Shown: piece by piece, positions 37,993 to 50,493 of the stretch
Layout of the letters: each line of letters opens with the position of its first letter
Position numbering within the stretch: position 1 is the stretch's first letter
DNA from: Octopus sinensis
Lineage: Eukaryota
Assembly (NCBI RefSeq): GCF_006345805.1
Contig: NC_043006.1
Location: 81,964,001 to 82,028,000 of the forward strand
Direction of reading: 5' to 3'
Length of the DNA: 64,000 bases
The notes under the pieces: model-generated
Database searches by the model: none
What the model saw: the letters and a program-made list of their open reading frames with translations, nothing else
What the model was told of the DNA's origin: nothing
Program-made: the position numbers and the translations under genes

Positions 37993-38404
37993 GAGGGCAC
38001 TATTACACATAGATGTCACACGCTAAGTATAAGAGTGCCCTCTATATAATATAAATAAATAAATTTAAAGGGAAAAAAATTGAGGGCTTTTTTCTCTTAT
38101 GAGGTTTTTCACGCTAACTACTTGATAAATTCTTATGAAGATTTTATCCTATTTTTAAATTATATATATACATATATAATTAATCAATATAGGGTGGCAA
38201 AAAATTTCGTAGAATTTATTTGCCACCAGCGGCCTAGTGGGAAAAAATTAAATAGTCATAGACCATTTATAAGTTCAACATCACAATCAAGGAATGGCCA
38301 TAATAGGCCATTCACCCACTAGAAATAACAGCCAAAGCTTCAACCGCAAAATAACATTAATTCCGCAAACCAGGAGAAAATTAAAAAAACATTTACCCTG
38401 TAAT

Positions 38405-38507
38405 TTCTTATACGATGCACCGTTTCATCTATTGTTTAATGGTAAACTAACCTGATTAAATTAAATCAAGCCAATCTTCCATAGGCCGATAGATTCGTCA
38501 GTAAGAA
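38405..38507 (-). ncRNA. Mirror copy of the type I hammerhead, sense to ACER3 pre-mRNA
   Basis: Reverse complement of 38698-38798. The two 1-nt insertions relative to the other arm both fall in the stem II insert, so core and stems are intact. Predicted cleavage is between 38411 and 38410. Confidence 0.8.
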
Positions 38508-38697
38508 CAGCCAGATCCGAGCAGATATTATCACGAGGCACCTCTATCCCTGCCTCGGCAATATCTAACCTAAAATTTTCAAATCATCGCACTCGCGCCA
38601 AATTTGGTGCGAGTGCGATGATTTGAAAATTTTAGGTTAGATATTGCCGAGGCAGGGATAGAGGTGCCTCGTGATAATATCTGCTCGGATCTGGCTG

Positions 38698-38798
38698 TTC
38701 TTACTGACGAATCTATCGGCCTATGGAAGATTGGCTTGATTTAATTTATCAGGTTAGTTTACCATTAAACATAGATGAAACGGTGCATCGTATAAGAA
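38698..38798 (+). ncRNA. Type I hammerhead ribozyme with intact core and extended stem II
   Basis: Stem I TTCTTA(38698-703)/TAAGAA(38793-798); core CTGACGA (38704-710); stem II ATCTAT(38711-716)/ATAGAT(38771-776) with a 54-nt insert; GAAA (38777-780); stem III ACGG-TGCA-TCGT; triplet GTA with predicted cleavage after 38792. Confidence 0.8.
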
Positions 38799-38999
38799 AT
38801 TACAGGGTAAATGTTTTTTTAATTTTCTCCTGGTTTGCGGAATTAATGTTATTTTGCGGTTGAAGCTTTGGCTGTTATTTCTAGTGGGTGAATGGCCTAT
38901 TATGGCCATTCCTTGATTGTGATGTTGATATATACATATATATATATATTTATGCGTGTTTGTGTGTGTGTGTGTGTGTATGTGTGTGTGTGTGTGGAA

Positions 39000-39470
39000 A
39001 AAAAAGTCAAGGTAGAAAATGCTAAAATAATTTTATAAAAAACATTTCAGTATCGGTTTCAGTCATTAAGACTTTTCCAACTGTCAGTATGGAAAACAAT
39101 TCAATTTGGGGAAAATTTAAAGAAAAGTTATTTGCATAACATTCAAATACAAGGGGCATTTTCTTTGTTTCTGCCTGTCTCTGTCTCTCTTGTTTACTCT
39201 TGTGAGTTTGAGGTTATTGTAAATTCTTGGCAGGGACAAGGAGGAAGAAGAGGAGGAGGAGAATGCGGGAGTGCCATTATAGTAGTAGAATGTTAAATGG
39301 TCAAGTGACCTAAAAGTGACTGGTTATGGATTATAGCAGTGATTGGGACTGGTTTTTAATATATTCTTGGGAATCTCTTGAGTGTATCATTTTAAATATT
39401 TGCATGTGTGTTTGTGTTATTCTAAGGCTGAGTTGGAAATGTCGTTTGTTGTAGATGCATTCAAAATTAG
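39000..39470 (-). mobile_element. Probable Penelope-like 3' fragment with decayed hammerhead
   Basis: Minus strand 39083-39048 reads cag-TTGGAAA-AGTC(TTAAT)GACT-GAAA-CCGA-TA-ctg. Upstream sequence is a stop-riddled coding-like stretch. Confidence 0.45.
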
Positions 39471-39792
39471 GATATATATCTATATATATCTATATATATA
39501 TATATAAATAAATGTGCCCTTATAAAGCCTAGCCAGATTCAAGGGCCCGGTTTCTCAGTTTCAATGGCATATGTGTTCCCCAGCTGGACAGGATGCCAGT
39601 CCATTGCAGCGTTACTCATTTTTGCCAGCTGAGTGGACTGGATCAACATGAAATGAAGTGTTTTGCTCAAGAACACAATGCTTCGCCCAGTCCAGGAATC
39701 AAAATCACAATCTTACGATCATGATGCTGACACCCTAACCACTAAGCCACGCACCTCCACTATATGTATATATATATATATATATATATAAA

Positions 39793-40021
39793 GGCGGCGA
39801 GCTGGCAGAAACGTTAGCATGCCGGGCAAAATGCGTTGCTGTATTTCGTCTGCCGTTACGTTCCAAGTTCAAATTCCGCCGAGGTCGACTTTGCCTTTCA
39901 TCCTTCCGGGGTCGATAAATTAAGTACCAGTTACGCACTGGGGTCGATGTAATCGACTTAATCCGTTTGTCTGTCCTTGTTTGTCTCCTCTGTGTTTAGC
40001 CCCTTGTGGGTAGTAAAGAAA
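39793..40021 (+). mobile_element. SINE family B
   Basis: High identity to 9026-9256. Confidence 0.88.
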
Positions 40022-40044
40022 TATATATGTATATATATATATAT

Positions 40045-40077
<33 letters not shown>

Positions 40078-40078
<1 letters not shown>

Positions 40079-40222
40079 GCTTCCGCTACCTAGGTGACCA
40101 AGTCTGTAGTGGGAGTGGATGCTCAGAGAGCATTGCCACTAGAATAAGAATAGCCTGGGCAAAGTTCAGATAGCTCCTACCTCTACTGGTGACAAAGGGC
40201 CTCTCGCTCAGAGTGAAAAGTA
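40078..40222 (+). mobile_element. RTE ORF2 fragment (FRYLG region)
   Basis: ttccgctacctaggtgaccaag...gcctgggcaaagttcag matches 24648-24790. Confidence 0.8.
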
Positions 40223-41319
40223 GAATTGGTTCACATGTTCAGCATATAACACACACACATACACACGCATATATAAAACACATATACATTTATACAACAT
40301 ATACAAGATATATAAGATGCAGTTATAAGAGATGAAATTCCTCAAAGAGAATCATATGAGATAATCTGTAGCCAAAAACAATTACTTCCTAATAGTTATT
40401 TGTATTACATACATGTGTATGAGTGCATGTATATCTGTGTATGCAAATAATATATAATATAACATGTTATGTATTTGTAGGTTACATATAATATATATCA
40501 TATTTATTATATATTATATCATATTATGTCACTGAGACATAAGTTTGTCCTGAATTAAGGCTGTTTGTACATATGTTTGTATGATGTATTCATTCTTTCA
40601 TAAAAAACTTTTTCACCCATCACTGATTCTGAAATCAATATAATTCTACAAGTCAAGGCAAGCATTATTCTTTGACAATTGTATATGAAAGCAGAAACAT
40701 TCAAACATTCCATTTGCTACAGGCATCGGAGCAACATTGAGAAACAAAATAACCTTACTTGCTTACATGCCAAGTTCTCACATGTTCTCGGACATTTATA
40801 CAGTGCAAACAGTTTTGTTATATGTAGAAAGATACATAAACACAATATTAAGGGATTCAGAAAGGACCTTCATATGTTTTTTTGGTTAGCTCAACTGAAT
40901 AACAACTGAATCTAACATTATGATATTGAAATATTTTGATATGTTCAACTTGCAAAATTCAGAATTCTCTAACATGCAGAAAATCAGATATGTTATGCAC
41001 AACATACATCGACTCTCCAATAATGTTTTGTGTAAAAAAAAAATAAATGCACCTTTTTAAAGCCTAACCAGGTTCAGAGCCCGGTTTCCCGGTTTCTATG
41101 GCGTATGTGTTCCCGAGCTGGACGGGACGCTAGTCCATTGCAGCGTTACTAATTTTTGCCAGCTGAGTGGACTGGAGCAACGTGAAATGAAGTGTTTTGC
41201 TCAAGAACACATGTCGCCCGGTCCAGGAATTGAAACCACAATCTTACGATCATGGTGCTGACACCCTAACCGGTTTCCCGGTTTCTATGGCATATGTGTT
41301 CCCCAGCTGGATGGACTAT

Positions 41320-41750
41320 ACCACACCATGCTCAGATGTCTGGTATTTACTCTTTTATTTGTTTAAGTCATGTGACTGTGGCCATGCTGGAGCACCATCT
41401 TTAGTCAAGCAAATCAACCCCAGGATTTATTCTTTGTAAGCCTAGTACTTATTCTATCGGTCTCTTTCGCCAAACCACTAAGTTACAGGGATGTAAACAC
41501 ACCAGCATCGGTTGTGAAGCGATGTTGGGGGGACAAACACAGACACACAAACATACACACACACACATATATATATATATATACATATATACAACGGGCT
41601 TCTTTCAGTTTCTGTCTACCAAATCCACTCACAAGGCTTTGGTCAGCATGAGGCTATAGTAGAAGACGCTTGCCCATGGTGCCACACAGTGGGACTGAAC
41701 CTGGAACCATGTGGTTTGTAAGCAAGCTATTTACCACAGAGCCACACCTA
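41320..41750 (-). mobile_element. SINE family A
   Basis: All family motifs are present. Confidence 0.85.
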
Positions 41751-43174
41751 CATCTACAATATCATAAAATTTTTAATAAATAAGAACATTATAAAAGTTT
41801 CTTTTTTGACCATACCAAATTTTTCACAATTCTTATGAATTATGAGCTAAACAAAACTCTATAATTCATCCAATATGTATGTACATCTTTGAAACTGCAT
41901 GCGTCTGACTCAATAGTCACTTGATTATAGTTGAATTTTCAAAGGTACTGTTTGGAGCACAATAGTTAATACAAGACTACATCAAGATTTTCTATAGGAT
42001 TAACCAATACATAGAACATTCTGGTACCTGCTCATAAGTAAAGACATTAACTTGTCTGAATTATATATGATCCCTTAAACAGATTAAAAAGAAGCAAGCC
42101 ATAACATTGAATGGAAATTGATTTGTTACCTCAAACCACACAAACATTTAAACAAATGCTGTTCACCCTGTTTTTCTGTGGTATATAAGATCTAGCTTTC
42201 CTCAAAAGAACCAATCTCTAGCTGCACACATAAGGGGTTGTCTTCACTGAAAACCATTTGTAAGATAGCAAAAAACATAAACTTCCTAAGAGAGTATTTT
42301 TACTCATGGTATCCTCACCTCCCCACAAAAGTAGATTTGGATCATTATATGTGAAGTCAATGATTTAATATATGAACTGTTGCAGTTGTGAAGAATATTT
42401 GACATATGCTATCTGTCTTATCTAAATTGAAATATATAGAACTTTCATAATGAATTAGATACCCTTTTTGATATAATATACAGATCTTTGGTATTTTCAA
42501 TTTCTGTTTCTTACCTAATTTTTAACATCAGTTCATCTTCTCATTACTTAATGCAATATATCATTTTCTTATCTTAAAAACACACCTTTACAAGCATACA
42601 ATTAATTCTTTTATATTGCAAGCCAAAACTTTGAACACTTGAAGTCTGTATAATAAATTTAATTATTGACACCCTTGTTTCAGATGGATTTTCTTTTCTT
42701 TAAAATAATAAATAGTTCTTGACTTCAAATTTTAAAGTAAAGCAGATTTGCATTAATTTAATATGATGCTTTTGAACTTACATCATAAGTTCGAGTTAAA
42801 CTCATTAAATATACTTTCAGACCTAACTTTCCTTGTGTCACAATGCTTGATATACTAAATGTAATAAGTAACAATGCAATAGAAGGTCAAATATATATAC
42901 AATATACCTGTTTCATAACATTATGTTCAACATTCAATTTCATTTCATAATATTATATATCTTCTTGAAAATATAAATACACTGAGGTGTAATTCATTTG
43001 ACTGAAATACTTGTTAGGATTTGGACATATTATTCAATCGTAAGCTTTGAATATAAACCTTAAATTTAACTGCCCATGATCTACACCTAGTCATTCTGAA
43101 ACAGCGTATTGGCTTTGAACCAACTTGTTTTATAACTGAAATCAAACAAATTATATTATTAAGAAATGAAAAAT

Positions 43175-43390
43175 GGCGGTGAGCTGGAAGAATCGTTAGC
43201 AGAACGGGCAGAATGCTTAGTGGTATTTCATCTGCCACTACATTCTGAGTTCAAATTCCGCCGAGGTCAACTTTGCTTTTCATTCTTTCGGGGTCGATTG
43301 AATAAGTCGATATAATCAACTTAATACGTTTGTCTGTCCTTGTTTGTCCTCTCCGTGTTTAGCCCCTTGTGGGTAGTAAAGAAATAAGCA
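43175..43390 (+). mobile_element. SINE family B
   Basis: High identity to 9026-9256. Confidence 0.85.
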
Positions 43391-43616
43391 TTTCATCATC
43401 TTTACATTGAGTTCAAGGTCAACTTTGCCTTTCATTCTTTCGGAGTCGATAAAATAAGTATTAGTCAAGTACTGGGGTTGATGTAATCAACTTAAATGCA
43501 CCCCTAAAATTTCAGCTTTGTGCCTATAATGGAGAGGATTATTAATAAATGAAATGTCCTTGCATAGCTAGTTTCAGGCTAAATAAACAAGGGTCAATTA
43601 TAGTATGACTGTTGGT

Positions 43617-43647
<31 letters not shown>

Positions 43648-43831
43648 GATGCAGAAATGGCTGTGTGGTTAACAGGTTTGCATCACAGCCATGTGGTTTT
43701 GGGTTCAGTCTCACTGCATCACCTTGGGAACACAGTGCTACTCTTCTACTACAGTCCCAGGCTGACCAAAGAATTGTGAGTGGATTTGGTACACAGAAAC
43801 TGAAAGAACCCTATCATATATGTTGTGTGCA

Positions 43832-43864
<33 letters not shown>

Positions 43865-44114
43865 ATGTGTGTATTTGTGTTATTGAATTCACATTTTCTG
43901 TTATCTTTGTGTGTTTTCACTGACTGTAAACAAAAGGCTATCATTTACTGCCATCTCTCCATGTAACCAACATCACAGGCTGTTTGTTGTCTGATAGATA
44001 AGGAAATTATAATCTCACTTGCAGACAAATGAAGTTTGGCATGAGGAAGCACATCCAACCAAAGAAACTGCCCCAATGTACTATCATCTGATACATACAT
44101 ACATACATACATCC

Positions 44115-44500
44115 ATCATCATCATTTAACATCCATTTTCCATGCTAGCATGGGTTGGACAGTTTGACTGAAAACTGGTATGCTTGGGAGCTGCACCAGA
44201 TTCCAGTTTGATTTGGCATGGTTTCTACAGCTGGATGCCCTTCCTAATGCCAACCACTCCGAGAGTGTAGCGGGTGCTTTTTATGTGCCACCAGCACAGG
44301 TGCCAGTTACAAAACACCAGCATCAACCATAACTACAATCTCACTTGGCTTGAGAGGTCTTCTCAACCATGGTATATTGCTGTAGGTCTCGGTCACTTGT
44401 CACTGTCTCCATGAGGCCTAAGGTTTGAAGGGTGCTTTTTACATGCCACCTGCACAGGTGCCAGATATGCGACACAAAATTGGCCATGACTAAGATTTCA
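44115..44500 (-). mobile_element. RTE 3' end
   Basis: catcatcatttaacatccattttccatgctagcatgggttggac tail and modules. Confidence 0.75.
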
Positions 44501-45069
44501 TTTTTAAGTATAAAAAAACAAACATTAAAACAATGATGATGATTATATATCTAACATTCATACCTAATTCTGATGACTGACACTTCATCAACAGTTTCCA
44601 GCAAAATCCGGAAGAGTATGTTCCTATTACTTTCACATAGTATTTTCAAACAATTTGTCACATAATTTATATATATATCTTTGCATATATGTTTACACAC
44701 CTGTTATATTAATCTATTTTATTATATTTCAAGGTATATATTCAGTATTTTATCGTGTATGTTCAGTGTCATTATAATTTAGTTATGAGCTGTCTAATTT
44801 CATGCCATTCTGATCCTCACCTTCTTTCCCACTGAGCTCCTGCTATTTTATGTTATTCTTTACTACCATTCCCGTACAGGATGCTATATAAGCAATATTT
44901 TTACAAGTGGGATTTTGATAGTTCACCAGATTAAACTTAGGTAAACTATACTGTCTTTACAACTTCATTCATATTGCACACATACATCTAGACACACAAA
45001 CACACAGCCACCAATGCACACACAACATATATACATACATACATACACACACTCACTCATTATTGAAAG

Positions 45070-45430
45070 AGGTGCAGGTATGGTTGTGTGGTTAAGAAAT
45101 CAAATCTCGTTTGCAAACCCATGGAAAACGAACCGCCACCAACTATTCTGCCTAAATGTCTGTGCATGTATGTATATATACGTGTGCGTGTGTGCATGCA
45201 TGAGTGTGTGTGCCTGTGCATGTTTGTTGATGACCACCACTACTTGACAACCCATGTTGGTTTGTTTACATTTTCGGAACATAGCAGTTTGGCAAAAGAG
45301 ACCAATAGAATAAGCAGAATAAAACTTGAAAATAAAAAAAGTACTGGGGTCGATGTGTTCAACTAAATCCTTCAAAGAGGTGCTCCAGCATGGCTGTGGT
45401 CCAATGACTAAAACAAGTAAAAGATAAAAG
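45070..45430 (+). mobile_element. Degenerate SINE family A
   Basis: Head and 3' half are recognisable. Confidence 0.65.
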
Positions 45431-46159
45431 ATATGGACTTCATTGGTCTCAATGCACAAAGTCCCTTTCAGCAGACTTCTTCCTCCACCAACACACACAC
45501 ACACAAAATCAAAGAAATAAAAGGTGTACCATATTATGTTCTGGAATTGAGTGCAAAAATCATAGAGTACTGGGCCTAATTACATTAATGTATTTCATTT
45601 CAATCCCCAACAATCTGAGTTCAAATCCAGCAAAAATCGATTTTTAACTGCCCTGTCCTTTCAGGGTTAATAAAACAAATGTGTGAGCTCAGATCGATTC
45701 AAATGCTGGTATTGTGTTCTGTCAGAAATGAAATCAATATTATATTTAGATTGGTGATCACTTAATTTCTTAAGTGCTAATTGTTAGAAAAGTATTGATG
45801 TTGATGCTGCTTTTCATAGCCATGCAAACTGACATAACTGGAAAATGTGTTTGTTTGTTTGTCTGATTGTTCTTGATGTTAGCTTTGCTCTTCTTCCTCT
45901 TCTGTTTCATATATTTTTTTTCTTGTTTGTAAATTTGGATGACCGCATTATTAACATAGAAAATTATTTTTACATTTCAATGCTCTTTTTGTCGTTAGAC
46001 AGTCAACCATGAACCAAAGCTAAAATAGAAGTCATTCAAGAACCCCCCCCCCCACACACACACACAAAGAGGTAATAAAAAAGAGAGGATGAAAATACCA
46101 AGGAGAGGAGTTAGGTTCATACCAGTATTGTTTTTAAATTTTTATTTTGTTAGATAATC

Positions 46160-46380
46160 AGTGGACCGCGCAGTTGTCGAGTGATACCCGCGCGAGCAGA
46201 AACAGCCACTTGGAAGGCCTCCACGATGGTGGAGTTATGATTTCAGGAGGGTGATTGGGATCACATGGATGAGAAAGGTGCGATCCAGAGAGAAGTGGAG
46301 AGCATGCTGTAACCAGCAGTGTCAAATGGACGCCTGACGGACTGGTCGGTTAGGGCGTTCAAGGTGATTTTGTTAGATAA
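46160..46380 (+). mobile_element. Non-LTR retrotransposon ORF2 C-terminal fragment (RTE-like)
   Basis: Reads VVE*YPREQKQPLGRPPRWWSYDFRRVIGITWMRKVRSREKWR, a decayed W.PR..KR..GRP..RW motif. Confidence 0.65.
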
Positions 46381-48084
46381 GTCAACAATGAGGACAGACA
46401 GTGCTGCTGACAATGCTAGGGACTTCTAAGGCTGGTAGAAGGATAGAATGAAGGTAGGCATAGACAAGAGGACTGGCCTGAATGCTTGCAACAGGGTAGA
46501 CCCCACTAAAGTTACACAGGGACCGGAAGTCATACCAGGGTCAAACCAAGCAACAGGTTAAGTCCAACACTTGAAAGACAGATATAGTTCCTTCAATGGG
46601 GTTCCATACAAATTTTCGTCAACCAAATTTCACTCACAAACTTCTGGATTCTTTTTTATCTTTTACTTGCTTTAGTCACTGAACTGCAGCTAAGGTGGGG
46701 TACCATTTTGAAGGGTTTTAGCTAAGCAGATCAACCCTAGTACTTACTTTTAAAGTCTGGCATTTATTCTATCAGTCTCTTTTGCTAAACTGCCAAGTTA
46801 TGGTGACATAAATAAACCAACACCAGTAGCCAAGTGTGTGTGTGTCAATGAGGTGGATACATACACACACACATAAGCTATGACTCCATCTATTACAGCG
46901 ACAAGGGTTCCAGTTGATCCAATCAATGGAACAACCTGCTCGTAAAATTAATGTGCAAGTGGCAGAGTACTCCACAGACATGTGAAACCTTGACATAGTT
47001 CTAGGGAGATTCAGTGTGACACAGAATGTGACAAGGCTGGCCCTTTAAAATGAAATACAGGCACTACTCACTTTTGCCAGCTGAGTGAACTGGAGCAATA
47101 TGAAATAAAGTGTCTTGCTCAAGGACACAACGCATTGCCAGGAATTGAACTCACGACCTTACGATCACAAGGTAAATACCCTAACCAGTAAGCCACATGT
47201 CTTCACTCACACACAAAATACACACACACACATATATATATATACACATACACAACAGGCTTCCACACAGTTTCTGTCTACCAAATTCACTTACAAAACA
47301 TTGGTGTCCCAAAACTATAGGAGAAGACACTTGCCCAAGTAGCAACACTACAGTGGGATTGAACCTGAAATCAGGTGGTTGCACAATAGTACCATTTAAT
47401 TTTTTCATTCATTTTTTTTTTTTCGATGAATCAAAGTCCTTAACCACACACAATTTCACCTACAACCAAAGCAGTTAAAAAAAGGAAAGAAATTATATAA
47501 TGAGGATAACTCACAAATGAATGAACAAAATTAAAACTTTATTGATTCGGTGGAAGTGTGGGAATGATTATTTTTAACTACCAACTTCATTGTTTGTGTT
47601 TTGCTTTATTTCTTTTAATAAATATTATTGCATTGATGGTCTTTTAAATGTTTTCAGTTATTGGACTGTAGCCAAGCTGAGGCGGTGCCTTCAAAGGTGT
47701 CAGTCAATGGATATTGACCTCAGTATTTATTTCAGACAGGTAGTGATTTTATAGATCTCTAATTATTGAACTGTTAAGTTATGGTTTTAACGTCAGGCCA
47801 ATTTACAACAGTAAATATAAACACAGACATAAATATAGTTGGATGCACACATTTATATATTATATTTAATAATAATTAGATATTCTTAATGGCTACATAT
47901 ATACATGCATGATATAAAATCAATAGTTTGAAGTAACAATTAAACTTTTGAAATGTGCTTGTCTCTGAGTGTGATGTGGTGTGTGTGTTTGTATGAATGT
48001 TTATGTGTGTGTATGTATGTATATATATATATGCAAATATGTCCTTTGATTAATTTTAATTGTGTGTGTGTGTGTGTGTGTGTG

Positions 48085-48925
48085 TGTACGTATGTATGTA
48101 TGTATGTATGTATCATCATCATTTAACATCTATTGTCCATGTTGACATGGGTTGGACGGTTTGACCAGGCCTGGCAACCTGGAAGGCTGCACCAGACTCC
48201 AGTCTAATTTGGCATGGTTTTCTATGGCTGGATACCCTTCATAATACCAACCACTCTGAGAGTGTAATGGGTGCTTTTACGCACCATCGGCACAGGTGCC
48301 ATTTGCGTGACACCAGTATTTGCCATGACTGCGATTTTGCTCAGCTTGATGAGTCTTCATCTCAAGCATGACATAATGCCAAAAGTCTCGGTAGTTGCTT
48401 CCACGAGGCCCAACATTCGAAAGAAACTCAGCCATTTTGCCTCCTTGAGACCCCACGCTTGAAAGGAACTCAGCCACTTTGCATGTATGTGTGTGTGTGT
48501 GTGGTGTGTGTGTGTGTACGTATGTATGTATGTATGTATCATCATCATTTAACATCTATTGTCCATGTTGACATGGGTTGGACGGTTTGACCAGGCCTGG
48601 CAACCTGGAAGGCTGCACCAGACTCCAGTCTAATTTGGCATGGTTTTCTATGGCTGGATACCCTTCATAATACCAACCACTCTGAGAGTGTAATGGGTGC
48701 TTTTACGCACCATCGGCACAGGTGCCATTTGCGTGACACCAGTATTTGCCATGACTGCGATTTTGCTCAGCTTGATGAGTCTTCATCTCAAGCATGACAT
48801 AATGCCAAAAGTCTCGGTAGTTGCTTCCACGAGGCCCAACATTCGAAAGAAACTCAGCCACTTTGCCTCCTTGAAACCCCACGCTTGAAAGGAACTCAGC
48901 CACTTTGCATGTATGTGTGTGTGTG
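48085..48925 (-). repeat. Tandem duplication (unit about 426 bp) of an RTE 3' end plus microsatellite
   Basis: Units start near 48086 and 48516. I saw two substitutions between them (ccatttt/ccacttt, gagacc/gaaacc). Confidence 0.9.
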
Positions 48926-48986
48926 TGTGAGTGTGTGTGTCTGTGTGTGCAAGTGTGTGTGTTCATACAGACACAGATAAATACCT

Positions 48987-49022
<36 letters not shown>

Positions 49023-49568
49023 GATTATTGCTCAGTTTCCATCTATCTGTCTATAGTTTCCTCATCTGTGAGTGGTGTGTGTATGTGCATGTATGTGTGA
49101 GTGAAATAATGCATATATGTACACATGCTAGTGTGTTATTATGTATATATGCATGCATGTGTGAGTGTGTGTATGTAGTTATATTTACACACACACACAC
49201 ACACATACTCATATATTTTCTTTATTGCAGCTTGCTTGACTACATTAACTGTTACTTCACCTTTTGAGGTTAAGGTTCTTTTATACTAAACTTACATTAT
49301 AAATGCTTTAATAGATAATAACTTTTCTAAAATGACAATGCATAAACTGAGCCAACAAGAGAGACTTTATATGACAATACCATATCTTAACCTACTAGAA
49401 ATAACAGCCAAATGCCCTTTGAAATCACACACTGCAGTCTCAAATATAGTATACTCTAGATATTATGGCTGAAAATAAGATGAGACAGCCATGGCTGGAA
49501 TAAATTCGATCATTAGATTTGCTTGATCAGAGTTGACTCAGAACTAAACAACAATGAGAACCATTCAA

Positions 49569-49946
49569 AAACAAGAGCACTCAGAGAGTGCAAAGCTCTG
49601 GCCAAGGCAACACCAACATCGTCTCAATGATTAGCCAGAGATGATTTTTTAGAATGAGAATATCTGAAATAAACTTGACTGTTCTCACAAACGAGAATGC
49701 TAAAAACGAATCTGACTGCTCTCAAAAATTAAGTAACAAAAAAAAAAAAAAACGGAAAAAAATCCTGAATCCTTGCCAGGTACCAGATCATTCCCAAAAT
49801 CTAATCAGTTTGTGCCAGTCATGAGGAAAAACGTCGCTGAAAGTTTCATCCAAATCCATCCATAGGTTCTTGAGATATCTTGTCCACAGACAAACAAACA
49901 AACATGACTGAAAACAATACCGCCACCTTTGCTAAGACAGAGGTAA
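49569..49946 (+). mobile_element. Helentron-associated (HINE/DINE/pearl-like) non-autonomous element
   Basis: Subterminal repeat near the 5' end, (CAAA)n tract, degenerate 3' hairpin (ccgccacctttgctaagacagagg) and A/T-rich ends. Confidence 0.55.
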
Positions 49947-50462
49947 TAAAGCTGACCTGAAAATAGATAATCTAGAATAGCAGATATAAAGAGAACTGGA
50001 AATTGTGGAATGCATAGAGTAATTAACGCATACTGAAATCTGAACAAACTAAGTTCACATCAAAGAGTTGAAATGGCCAGGTGAATAAAGGTATTGAATT
50101 ATCATCTCACAGACGCTAAGTTCAATTCTGGTTGCTAACATTTGGCAGCATATTTCAGCAAGACACCATAAATTAATGTGCTTCAGGTAATAAAGCTGTT
50201 GTAAATGTATAAGAGATTGCTTGGGGTGATACTTGCAATGCTTTGCCTATAATATCACGGGAGAGATTTATCTTTCATTAGATAATGCCATAAAGCATTT
50301 GCAGTTCTGAACAAAGATTCTTGAGCGTATTACTGAGGGATTCAGATGATGTTTTTATTTACTACTCTTTCTAATATCTGTAGAAGATATACATTTATAT
50401 AAGTTTACGGATAGATAGGTCTATGTGTGAGTGTAGTTAGAAAGGTAGATAGATAGATAGAT

Positions 50463-50493
<31 letters not shown>

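Larger units (their letters stand above)
37982..38928 (-). mobile_element. Young Penelope-like or retrozyme-like insertion with inverted ends
   Basis: CpG-rich block unlike its surroundings, carrying a hammerhead, a head-to-head inverted duplication at one end and a 20-bp inverted repeat (37982-38001/38034-38053) at the other. No ORF was recognised. Confidence 0.55.
38275..38928. repeat. Spacerless near-perfect palindrome, about 326-bp arms
   Basis: Centre is ccaaa|tttgg at 38602/38603. The arms differ by one G/T mismatch (38597/38608) and two 1-nt indels. Confidence 0.97.
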
